Positions 29,522 to 38,352 of a stretch of DNA of 64,000 nt are shown here, one piece after another. Every line of letters starts with the position of its first letter. The first letter of the stretch is position 1. Source of the DNA: a virus. Position numbers and translations under genes: made by a program. The stretch is from positions 18,024 to 82,023 of IMG/VR virus record IMGVR_UViG_3300047476_002043; one strand, 5' to 3'. The notes beneath the pieces are model-generated. The model did not search any database. It had not been told where the DNA came from and saw nothing but the letters and a program-made list of their open reading frames with translations.

Positions 29522-30171
29522 AAACCAAACAGTTTTTAATCGTCATCTACTCTTGTAAACACTACGAGGATACAAGAGTGAGGTGGCAGATAGATACCTG
29601 GACTAAGCGACTACCTGAGAACATGAAGCTTCTTGTCATGACTGGGTCAGGAAATGATCGGATCGATGATGTCGGAGTACTGAGGCTCAACTGCCCAGAT
29701 GATTACTACGGTCTCATAGATAAGACACAGGCTCTGTTCGACTGGTTCACCAAAGAAAGGTCTGAAGATTATTTGATCAAGGTGGATGATGACGTGTGGT
29801 TATCCGATCAATCAATCGAGAAGATAGCCAACTTTAGAGATCTGTACGGAGGACTTTATTTGTCCGGATCATGGGCATCAGGACCTCTCTACGTTCTCGA
29901 TAAAGACGTCATTAAATCCCTACCACGTTTGAGATCTTTTGATGTACCTGGTGTTAGATGGTCACCTGAGGATGTTGCTGTTGGGGCCGCCTGCGCTTCA
30001 ACTAACGTCTATCCAGTATGTCTAAATTTAGGTCACGTCGAATGGCTAAAGGATGATACATCGTTTGATACATGCAAATCTTGGGAAGCGGTTTTCTGTT
30101 TCCAAAGAAGCAGACATCAGGAGATGTTCGAGACCATGGAGAAAAGTAGATCTTCACTTATTTTTAAGTAG
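29518..30171 (+). CDS. GT31-like (beta-1,3-galactosyltransferase/Fringe) glycosyltransferase
   Basis: R..IDTW, DDYYGLIDKT, YLIKVDDDVW (DxD), ASGPLYVL, EDVAVG. Confidence 0.8.
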   Translation: MKTKQFLIVIYSCKHYEDTRVRWQIDTWTKRLPENMKLLVMTGSGNDRIDDVGVLRLNCPDDYYGLIDKTQALFDWFTKERSEDYLIKVDDDVWLSDQSIEKIANFRDLYGGLYLSGSWASGPLYVLDKDVIKSLPRLRSFDVPGVRWSPEDVAVGAACASTNVYPVCLNLGHVEWLKDDTSFDTCKSWEAVFCFQRSRHQEMFETMEKSRSSLIFK

Positions 30172-30749
30172 GTCTATTATCTTATGCGTCAAAACCGCTT
30201 AAGTGATACTCTGGATAGTTGGCCCAGACTTCGCGGACATAAAGAACAACGAGGATCTATTCATGCACTGCATGGATTATCTTGACACGGAGCCTAAGAC
30301 TCTCCGGCAACAAAAGGTCTACTCCAACACAACTGATAGCGATGCAAAGACACAAACACTTTTCTTGGTAGCCATCACGGCGAATTACCAACGGACCTGT
30401 TAGCAATCATCGCTTTAGCTCTCCTGATGTTATCAGGAAGCATCGTCGCTATCCTTATGTGTTGAATCCTGCCGTCATCTACAGGTAACTGTTGGGCATG
30501 ATGATGGTGTGCCAAAATGACTAGATTGAAGTCACCTAACTTCGTCTAGCTAGCTCTGTCGTACTCGGGTCTTTCCTAGACCTCACTTGAGCCGAATCAA
30601 AATAGGCTCAAGTAGAAACTCATTCTGACGTACGCAGATCTACTCTTTCATCAGGAATAAGAGAGAAGAAATTGACGAATGAGTATATGTGTTGGTGTAA
30701 TAGAAAACTTGCGGTGATGAAACCAACGTAAACCGCACCCTTTCAAGGA

Positions 30750-30825
30750 TCCACGATAGCTCAGTTGGTAGAGCTCGGTGCTGTTAACACCGCTGTCCTA
30801 GGTTCGAGTCCTAGTCGTGGAGCCA
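30750..30825 (+). tRNA. tRNA-Asn(GUU) with CCA
   Basis: Full cloverleaf; CGGTG-CTGTTAA-CACCG anticodon arm. Confidence 0.95.
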
Positions 30826-30831
30826 GATCAT

Positions 30832-30870
30832 GCCCTCTTAGCTCAGATGGTAGAGCAGCTGTTTTTGTGA
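30832..30870 (+). pseudogene. 5'-half tRNA remnant (probably tRNA-Thr UGU)
   Basis: GCCCTCT TA GCTC AGATGGTA GAGC A GCTGT..TTGT, then no 3' anticodon strand or T arm. Confidence 0.65.
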
Positions 30871-30874
30871 TTAA

Positions 30875-30962
30875 GCCAGCTTCCGTTAGTGGTCGAGACG
30901 ACAGGACTTGTAACCCTGCGAGGGATACCTCCGCGTGAGTTCGAATCTCACAGCTGGCTCCA
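30875..30962 (+). tRNA. tRNA-Thr(UGU) with long variable arm (88 nt, CCA)
   Basis: GCCAGCT/AGCTGGC, CAGGA-CTTGTAA-CCCTG, V-arm GAGG-GATA-CCTC, GTGAG-TTCGAAT-CTCAC. Confidence 0.85.
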
Positions 30963-31060
30963 AGATTCTCGCTGGCTGCGAGGACAGAGTGTCTGACAGT
31001 ATGCACTATAAATAATCTGTTGCATGCACATTGAGTTCTCCACCTCACGTAGATCAGTGA

Positions 31061-31150
31061 TCAATCATCTTCTAGACGACCTCGCGTCGCACTTGGTAAG
31101 AACTGCTCTTTAGAGCAGGAATGATGGTTCAAATCCGTCTGGTTGATCCG
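31061..31150 (+). pseudogene. tRNA-like element with D-loop insertion and non-canonical anticodon arm
   Basis: TCAATCA/TGGTTGA acceptor, GATGG-TTCAAAT-CCGTC T arm, CTGCTC-TTTA-GAGCAG arm. Confidence 0.55.
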
Positions 31151-31470
31151 TTACAATTTTCAACGGCCTACTCGGAGCTATGTTCGACATGACCATGACC
31201 TCTATGTCGAAAGACAGACGTCGGTGGTGTGCGATTATCTGTGGGTAATAGCTATTATCGATAGCTAGGGCAACCTGAGAGGCTGACATCAAGCTAGGCT
31301 TAAAAATTCTCAGTACAACCTTAGACGGTGCGCAACGTCAACGGATCGATAGTCGATAGCCAGGTTAGTCTGTCATGAACCCTATTGTTGGCCTACGCTA
31401 GCGGTAGAGCGACATCGTCCCAAGATGGTGTACAGGTTAGTGATCATCACCTAGCAAATTCGTCGAAGGA

Positions 31471-31510
31471 ACCACCTAGGCCCCAACGGGCCTAGGTGGT
31501 TTTTTTTATT
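31471..31510 (+). terminator. intrinsic terminator ending the tRNA/ncRNA unit
   Basis: 13-bp stem plus long T run. Confidence 0.8.
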
Positions 31511-31572
31511 TTATCTTTTCTCCCTATAGTAAGCGTAGCCGCACCAACCAACAAAAAACAAGAGGTAGAATC

Positions 31573-32535
31573 ATGGGAACAATCCAGCTCAAGAAAGAGA
31601 ATGATCAGAACGATGGTCTCGTTGCCGACAACATCATCCGTATCAACAAGCCTGCCAACCTTGCTCATTTGGCTATCGACTGCACCAAGCCTGGTGGCAG
31701 CAAAATCTGTAGCACCAACCTCATCGAGCGTAATGTCAAACTGACACACGTTCACTTCCTTGTTGATGATGTTGGAGAGGACGGAAATAAAACCAAAAGT
31801 CTTGCGGCTCAAGAATGGCCGACCAATGCTCGCCTCACCGTTGAGGACATCTCCTCAGGCGATCAAAACATCGTCTCCTATCGCGGCATCGCCGAAGTCA
31901 CGGTGCCGGTTTACTACGAGATCACCTTCGTTAAAGTTACGATCGATCTGTGCGTTCGTGTCGACCTCCGTTCCGGACATGTTGAGTCTCAGGTGACTGT
32001 TGTGGACGGATTCAAAGACATCGAACTCGTTGGGTACACCCTCGATGCATCCTTCACCACCGAAGAAGTTAAATTCAAGGTCAACGATCCTTTGACAGGC
32101 GTTGGCTATCGAGAAATGAATGACCTTCAGAAATTCATCAGTTCACGTGTGCGTGAAATGAATAAAAGGTTGGCGAGACTCATCAGAGTCGGCAATGATG
32201 GTGATAACATCATTAATGACAACAACACCCTCATCGTCGCATGTGGTCGCCAAGTTGGACATACCACATACATTTACAATGTTGCTACAGAAAACGATAT
32301 CGTCTTCTGCCATAGTGACTTTCTCAAAAACGAGATGATCGGCTGCGGCTGTAAAGCTACAATCGTCGCTAAGGTCAATGGTGTTTTCACCATCCCCAAG
32401 GAGCTTGCCGATAAAGGATTCACCAACTTCTATGTTGATGGCTTCTCTTCAGCTAAGCTTCCCAATTCGTTTAAGACTGATCTGATCGCAGCGTTCAAAC
32501 CGAAAAAAGACGCCCTCTTCATCTTCCTTGGGTAA
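31573..32535 (+). CDS. hypothetical protein with degenerate P-loop-like C-terminal domain
   Basis: 320 aa; IVACGRQVGHTT and FYVD. Confidence 0.7.
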   Translation: MGTIQLKKENDQNDGLVADNIIRINKPANLAHLAIDCTKPGGSKICSTNLIERNVKLTHVHFLVDDVGEDGNKTKSLAAQEWPTNARLTVEDISSGDQNIVSYRGIAEVTVPVYYEITFVKVTIDLCVRVDLRSGHVESQVTVVDGFKDIELVGYTLDASFTTEEVKFKVNDPLTGVGYREMNDLQKFISSRVREMNKRLARLIRVGNDGDNIINDNNTLIVACGRQVGHTTYIYNVATENDIVFCHSDFLKNEMIGCGCKATIVAKVNGVFTIPKELADKGFTNFYVDGFSSAKLPNSFKTDLIAAFKPKKDALFIFLG

Positions 32536-32632
32536 CCAAGGTTCTACCTCATGGGCACACGCCCATGAGGTAGCAGACGATTTTATTTCAGGTGACTGAG
32601 CTAGTATATAAACCCTAAAAAGGAACAGTCAA

Positions 32633-33130
32633 ATGAATCCAATCCTTACCAGACACGCCGCCCTCAAGAAAAAGATCAAGCCTTCTTACGTGAGTCTTTT
32701 TCTGACCAATCAAAAAGTTACCCAACCAGAAATCGATACCACCATCAGTCTTCTCGAACATCAAGGTGGGTACGATGCGCTTGTTGAGCTCGCGCTACAT
32801 GGACCTATCCCTTACGACGATGGTGTCATCAGCCGCCTGTTCAAAATCCCACTAACTAATCTGACAACAACTACTGTTGTTAAATCTTCGTCCTCAAAAA
32901 AGCTAGTCCTTGCTGAAGGGATAAGCGAACTAGGACTTAAACTTCTTGCCGCACACTACGGCTTCCAGGCTTCAAGGGGTAATCAGTACCTCAAAGATAC
33001 ACTAGACTACATATTCTGCCTTGATGCCATCAAGCAAGATGAAGAAGCTGGTGATGGCTGCGTCAGATGCGGGGGACCTAGTGATGTATGTAAGTTCTGT
33101 GGAAAACTCCAGAAGGTAGCACATGCTTAA
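32633..33130 (+). CDS. hypothetical protein with C-terminal zinc ribbon
   Basis: CVRCG...CKFCG. Confidence 0.65.
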   Translation: MNPILTRHAALKKKIKPSYVSLFLTNQKVTQPEIDTTISLLEHQGGYDALVELALHGPIPYDDGVISRLFKIPLTNLTTTTVVKSSSSKKLVLAEGISELGLKLLAAHYGFQASRGNQYLKDTLDYIFCLDAIKQDEEAGDGCVRCGGPSDVCKFCGKLQKVAHA

Positions 33131-33569
33131 GACTATCGATAATGATACAGAAGGATGCCTGCGGAAGGTATCTCAACCCATCGTCTTCGATGATACATCA
33201 GCTGAGTTCCTTGAACGTCTTGTCAAGGTTATGATGAAGACGGTTATTGATTCTGGAGGCATCGGCTTAGCCGCTCCACAGGTTGGTATCTCCAAACGCG
33301 TTATCATCATCAAGCGAAGAGCACACAGCGACTTCTTGGTTATGATCAATCCCAGCATAATCAGACGAGTAGGCAAATTGGTAGCCTGCGAAGAAGGCTG
33401 TCTCAGCGTTCCCGGAAAAGCTGTGCTCAAAAAGAGACATGCATCTGTCCTGGTTGCCTATCAAACTGTTGATGGCAAACATCTGACTAAAACCTTCGAT
33501 AACGTTGACGCCCGATGCGTTCAACACGAGATCGACCACTTAGATGGCGTTCTCATATCGGATGAGTAA
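33123..33569 (+). CDS. def: peptide deformylase
   Basis: GIGLAAPQVG, EGCLS, QHEIDHLDG; short C-terminus as in phage PDFs. Confidence 0.95.
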   Translation: MLKTIDNDTEGCLRKVSQPIVFDDTSAEFLERLVKVMMKTVIDSGGIGLAAPQVGISKRVIIIKRRAHSDFLVMINPSIIRRVGKLVACEEGCLSVPGKAVLKKRHASVLVAYQTVDGKHLTKTFDNVDARCVQHEIDHLDGVLISDE

Positions 33570-33596
33570 AAACAAAAAAAACAAACACGAGGATTT

Positions 33597-34781
33597 ATGG
33601 AACAAGAAATTCACACAACTAGCGCCGACCTCACCATCAAAATTGATTTCATCAACACCATGATGGAAGTTTCGGGGAAATTCAAAGGCAATGAGAAACT
33701 TGCGCACCACGCAGCCAAGATCTTACGTAAGGTCATCTTTGCACACAAAGAAAGAAGCCTCAGTGAGAATGAAGGGTTTATCACTACAACCATCGAATAC
33801 CTCACCGGTAAGATCGGCAACAATAGAGTTACTCACTACGCCTTCTCAAATGGAGTTTGTGAGCGCTTTGGTATCACCCCATCCGACACTCCTGAAGTTG
33901 TCAAACGCGCGGAAGGTTCTGAACGCAAAGAACTTATCATCACACTCAGAGAGCGAGAGCTGAGCTTTGTTTCCTTCACTAAAGACTGTCTGAAACTGGC
34001 CGAATTGGCAGCAGATCTCTGGCTAGATTTTGTCTACCTAAACTCTAATAGTAATTTCAACCCTCGCAAAGACTCCAACCAGCATAAGCTCAACTTCGAG
34101 TCTCAGTTGCAGGCCTTTACCAACGTAGATGGTAGGACTCTGACAACCCATCTCGTACACAAGGCCGCCGGTAGATTAGGTCTTATTCAGAATGAAAAAC
34201 TCAATGTCAAAATAGACTTCCGCTCGAAGAGCATGGATATTTCTGGCGAGTTCCATCATGACGAAAAGATGTCTAGACTTGCTGCTACCATCCTCAAAAT
34301 TGTCATGTTTGGTCATAACGATATGAACCAAGAAGAGACCGATGAATTTTACGCAAAAAATATCGAGTACTTCATGCATAAGCTGAAAAGTGGGTATAGG
34401 GCAACTTATGTCTTCCACCACGCTGCTCTCACAAGATTCAACATCCCCATGACTTCTGAACAATCGATGGATCAAATCATTAGTGAGAAATTCAATCCCA
34501 ACGGTGGTAGACAAGATATCACCATTCGGATCAATGAAGATGGGACTATGGCGTTTGAGAGTTTCATTCGCGACAACATCTATCTTGCCTACATCGGTGC
34601 AGCGATTTGGGAAGCCATCGAGATCGATCTTGGAATCTACGATCACGCCTGCAACAAAGAGGCCTACATTTGTGGACTTGTTGAAAAGTTTGCAACCGGT
34701 AGTCGGGCTACTATCAATCCTAGCTTCGAGCACTACTCCAAAATGACCACCGCAACTCCGAGGATCAAGTGTGCGGATTGA
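33597..34781 (+). CDS. hypothetical protein with an internal duplication
   Basis: Two copies of KIDF....M..SG.F...EK....AA.IL..V.F.H. Confidence 0.7.
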   Translation: MEQEIHTTSADLTIKIDFINTMMEVSGKFKGNEKLAHHAAKILRKVIFAHKERSLSENEGFITTTIEYLTGKIGNNRVTHYAFSNGVCERFGITPSDTPEVVKRAEGSERKELIITLRERELSFVSFTKDCLKLAELAADLWLDFVYLNSNSNFNPRKDSNQHKLNFESQLQAFTNVDGRTLTTHLVHKAAGRLGLIQNEKLNVKIDFRSKSMDISGEFHHDEKMSRLAATILKIVMFGHNDMNQEETDEFYAKNIEYFMHKLKSGYRATYVFHHAALTRFNIPMTSEQSMDQIISEKFNPNGGRQDITIRINEDGTMAFESFIRDNIYLAYIGAAIWEAIEIDLGIYDHACNKEAYICGLVEKFATGSRATINPSFEHYSKMTTATPRIKCAD

Positions 34782-34992
34782 TGTAGGAGAGCTCAGAGTC
34801 TTGCTAGCAAGACTCAAGAGTCTAAATTCTGTCTCACTTGATCAGATCGAGTGGGTTGAGAACGATGTTCTAATAGAAGTTGACAAGAAGGATATCGATG
34901 GGTGGAAGTACATTGGTCTTAGTAACCAATACTTCTTCACGGACTTCCTTGAGCCAGAACTTCTCAAACGAGCTAAACAGATTAAGTCTTAG
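34771..34992 (+). CDS. hypothetical protein
   Basis: 73 aa, GTG start overlapping the upstream stop region. Confidence 0.55.
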   Translation: MRIDVGELRVLLARLKSLNSVSLDQIEWVENDVLIEVDKKDIDGWKYIGLSNQYFFTDFLEPELLKRAKQIKS

Positions 34993-35219
34993 TTTGGTTT
35001 ACCATAATAAGCGAGAAGAATCTTGCTGATGAGCTAATCCCTTGTCGAGCTGCTTCATAAGATGCAGAATCAAATAGGGCAACCTAGTACTAGAAGTAGT
35101 GCGAAGTCTATCCGACTCAAGATGAGCTGGATAGTGACATCAGATACATTGCTGGTAACCAGGATATCGTCCTTAAGGACTGATCCTACTTCCTGACTGA
35201 GAAAAAACTTAAGTCTGAT

Positions 35220-35268
35220 AACCACCACCTGCTACCTTGCGGTAGCAGGTGGTGGTTGTTTTTTTTTT
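35220..35268 (+). terminator. intrinsic terminator
   Basis: 17-bp stem, TTGC loop, T run. Confidence 0.8.
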
Positions 35269-35328
35269 GTTGCTTAAGCGATATTGTAGGCGCGCGCTCG
35301 ATGTGAACCCATGAGAGGTTCTCCTTTC

Positions 35329-35649
35329 TTATTTCGTTGAGTTTATAGGTCCTGCATCCTGTAGAGATGTGATATCAATGCAAGCGTCACTGTGTGGTGC
35401 AGGAGGATTTTTGATATCGCTGGCCCATCTGGTAAAGACGACTTCGATGTTGGTAGGTTTGCCCTTTACTTCATACTCGAGCTTCTTGATCGATGGTACC
35501 TTGTCGGTCTTCTCAGTAAGATTAACGTTGCCGATAGATACCGGATAGATCTCTTTAGGACCTGGACCCATCGCTTTAATCGCCTCATTGACGAATGCTT
35601 TATCAAGTTTCATCCCACGGAAGCGGTTTCTTAATTCTTGGTATTTCAT
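35329..35649 (-). CDS. hypothetical protein
   Basis: 106 aa, coupled ATGA overlap. Confidence 0.6.
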   Translation of the reverse strand: MKYQELRNRFRGMKLDKAFVNEAIKAMGPGPKEIYPVSIGNVNLTEKTDKVPSIKKLEYEVKGKPTNIEVVFTRWASDIKNPPAPHSDACIDITSLQDAGPINSTK

Positions 35650-36452
35650 TTTGGTTCCTCGCGTTTCGATTGGTTGATGTTGTGAAGTTTGACGATGAGG
35701 TCGAAGGTCTCTTCCTCCGTCATTTTGAAATCCAATGTCGCCAATCTTTCATGTTCCTTACGCCTAGTGAGCGCAGGACTGTCGAAGAATGGCAAGAGTG
35801 ACTTATCGCGCACCGAAATTCGAACAGAAATTGAAGGGTTGATGTTGGTAAGCGAGAACGTCCTGCGACATAGAACACCAATCTTAAGATCCTTGAAGTA
35901 AGGTTTCCAGAATGAAGTTATCTCCATTCGTGGATTAAGAAGGAATGTCACCCTGTCGTCGAATTTAGATCCGATAGCCCTGGCATATGTGAATGCTGGA
36001 CCGAGCCACTCAGGAAGAGTAAGTATGGTTTCGATATACTTAACAATCTCAGTTGTGGTATAGCTTACCTTCTTGTCCGGGCTATCTTCAGGGGCAGAAT
36101 CTGATTCGTTAAAGTGAACCCACTTCCCGGTACCAAGATTGCACGCAACTATGTGATCGCCGGTGATCGCATATGGATAGAGCTTTTTCGCTTCTCTTGG
36201 GACAGTATACGAGAAAGCGAAATCCGACACGTAGGTCACCTTAACTACAAGCGCTACATCGAAGGTGGAGGTAAATGCTACGATGGCGTTAACCGCCAGT
36301 TTGTCGGCAATGCGCTTGAACATTTCGTCAAATTCGTTCAGGATGAGTTTCATCTGAGGAGGCACATTCTCCTTTTCCAAGTCGTAGGATCCGGAAGCGA
36401 TTCTGTGAGCCTCAATGTAAAACGTCTTGTGAAGTGAGTATCCTTGTTGCAT
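35646..36452 (-). CDS. hypothetical protein
   Basis: 268 aa, AAGGA RBS. Confidence 0.7.
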   Translation of the reverse strand: MQQGYSLHKTFYIEAHRIASGSYDLEKENVPPQMKLILNEFDEMFKRIADKLAVNAIVAFTSTFDVALVVKVTYVSDFAFSYTVPREAKKLYPYAITGDHIVACNLGTGKWVHFNESDSAPEDSPDKKVSYTTTEIVKYIETILTLPEWLGPAFTYARAIGSKFDDRVTFLLNPRMEITSFWKPYFKDLKIGVLCRRTFSLTNINPSISVRISVRDKSLLPFFDSPALTRRKEHERLATLDFKMTEEETFDLIVKLHNINQSKREEPK

Positions 36453-36557
36453 CTGGTGTTCCTTTCTCTTTTCGGCTACGCGGTAAATGTTGCTCGCCGT
36501 TTTGTTTTGATTGATCCATTTTGATTAGGCTAGGACGGATCTTAAACCTAGCATCAA

Positions 36558-36758
36558 TTATTTTTGCCGGTCGTCCTGCGTGAAGCGCTCATGGCTACAT
36601 TTATCACAGAGAAGAAGACCAGGTAAACCTTTTAGAGGACCGGTTCGTCCGCATCCATCACAAGATCCCAGACCCTTTTCCAACTTACGACCTGAGACGT
36701 TTATGGGATCAGGGCGGATTCCAACCAAGCTCAGGAATTTTGAGAGTAAGCCGCTCAT
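36558..36758 (-). CDS. small zinc-finger protein
   Basis: CDGC...CDKC. Confidence 0.55.
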   Translation of the reverse strand: MSGLLSKFLSLVGIRPDPINVSGRKLEKGLGSCDGCGRTGPLKGLPGLLLCDKCSHERFTQDDRQK

Positions 36759-37138
36759 GGTTTGTTCTCGGTGTCCAATTCTTTCTCATCATGAATATAA
36801 CTATCCTTCGATGAGAAGACTTCCACGCTAGAGTTTACATGTCCACATGGGGCGGCCATGAGGAGTGCGCGTTCTTCGCCGCAGTGGATGATAACCTTGT
36901 CGAAGTCGCTGTCAGTGGTGATGTTGGTTATCGTCTTACCAACAAGACGTCGCTTCAAATCCTTCAAGTTTTCTTCAGTGCTCATTTGTGATTTTCCTTT
37001 TTCGGTTGAGTGAAGTCTTATCGCGGTATGATGAGCGGATCTCTTTTCCATACCAAGGAAGGCGAGGGATAGAGAAACTCCCGCGATCATCCCGCCGATA
37101 AGTATTTTTTTACTGAGTCGATCATAGTAGTCTTGCAT
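36755..37138 (-). CDS. hypothetical protein (start uncertain, N-terminal hydrophobic segment)
   Basis: ORF in the early run. Confidence 0.55.
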   Translation of the reverse strand: MQDYYDRLSKKILIGGMIAGVSLSLAFLGMEKRSAHHTAIRLHSTEKGKSQMSTEENLKDLKRRLVGKTITNITTDSDFDKVIIHCGEERALLMAAPCGHVNSSVEVFSSKDSYIHDEKELDTENKP

Positions 37139-37702
37139 TTAACTTCTCGCGGATTTCAATTTCTTGTGGGTTGATGGCTGCGCCCTGACAAGTGCATCGG
37201 GCGTAGCCAGTTTCTTGGCAACAAAATCATGAAGACCAGCACTGAACTGATGTAGGTATTTCATTCTTTGTTGCAAGATATTTTCAGGACCAGACTTAAG
37301 TCCTTCAAGATGCGTGATCAGTTCGTAAATGATCACGTGTTCTCGTGTGGTCAAACACGTGCATTCCGGATCTTTTGGATTGAACACCAGAGCCGCCGAC
37401 ATGACGAGATGCGGGTAAGTCATAAGCTTAGTCGGTCGCGACTTTTTAAGCATTTCATCTGTCCTCACGAGAACGTTACCGGCAAAGGTTCTCTGATTGT
37501 CGATCTCGCGATTTAGACGATTGATCCTTGATGCAGCGATGTTGCCGACGTTAGTAAGTACCTTGTTGAGAAGTTCGTCATCATTGGATTTGAGAAGGAA
37601 TGCAACTAGTCCTGAGCGGAAAGCCTCCTTCTCAGACTCACGACAAGAATCGTTGAGTGTATTGATAGCATCGAGAAAATCATTAGCTGTGCGTTGACTC
37701 AT
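37139..37702 (-). CDS. hypothetical protein
   Basis: 187 aa, AAGGAG RBS. Confidence 0.65.
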   Translation of the reverse strand: MSQRTANDFLDAINTLNDSCRESEKEAFRSGLVAFLLKSNDDELLNKVLTNVGNIAASRINRLNREIDNQRTFAGNVLVRTDEMLKKSRPTKLMTYPHLVMSAALVFNPKDPECTCLTTREHVIIYELITHLEGLKSGPENILQQRMKYLHQFSAGLHDFVAKKLATPDALVRAQPSTHKKLKSARS

Positions 37703-37719
37703 ATCGAAGCTCCTTGTTA

Positions 37720-38352
37720 TTACTCTTGTTCGATTGGGTCGTAAACCGTCACGGTCACTTGACGAGGTTTAACGGGTTTGAGCTCGACGAGATTGGAGCA
37801 ATTAGCGAAATCTCCATTGCGGCAGGAAGCTTCGTAGAGATTACCTTGAGTATCTTTCAGTATGAACTTAGAGCAGTCTTCAAGGTCGGAATCGACAGGC
37901 AACTCCGTAACTACACAGTCGTAGTTGTACCCAACAAAGGGGATATCAGGATTGAGCGTGATTCCAAAGAAACGCTCAAATTCGGCTTTGTGAATAAGTA
38001 CCTGACGCTTGCTAAGATTCGCGAAGCGAAAGTGAACTTCGGTAACATTGCTTAACACTTCACACATTTTTGCAGTGATGTGCTTTGCTACGTCGAAGGA
38101 AATCTCAGGACATTCGAACCTCAGAGTGAGGTAGAGAGACTCGACTAACGAATCTAAGCACGCGCGCAAATTGACCGTTGCGGTGAATTGCTCGACTGAT
38201 CTAGATTCTAGCGTTGCACGGCGCTCGAGCCATCTGATCTTGTAGGCGTCGCAGACACTGGATAAAAGTGCTGCATTGCTGTTTCTGCGACTAACGTCGA
38301 GAGTGAATGTGAATGTCTTATCACCTTCGACCAAATTGAATTCTTGCTTCAT
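37720..38352 (-). CDS. hypothetical protein
   Basis: 210 aa, GGAGG RBS. Confidence 0.65.
   Translation of the reverse strand: MKQEFNLVEGDKTFTFTLDVSRRNSNAALLSSVCDAYKIRWLERRATLESRSVEQFTATVNLRACLDSLVESLYLTLRFECPEISFDVAKHITAKMCEVLSNVTEVHFRFANLSKRQVLIHKAEFERFFGITLNPDIPFVGYNYDCVVTELPVDSDLEDCSKFILKDTQGNLYEASCRNGDFANCSNLVELKPVKPRQVTVTVYDPIEQE

Noticed and set aside
30761-31048. 95 aa minus-strand ORF
   Set aside because: Antisense to tRNA genes
31100-31120. Ochre (UUA) suppressor tRNA or stop-codon recoding
   Set aside because: No canonical 7-nt anticodon loop can be formed, and genes are intact under code 11 with all three stops in use
31165-31470. tmRNA
   Set aside because: GGAGCTATGTTCGAC loosely resembles a tmRNA 5' end, but no matching T arm/CCA 3' end or tag ORF was found
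35026-35060. Hammerhead ribozyme (CTGATGAG)
   Set aside because: No correctly placed GAAA core or stem II/III arrangement
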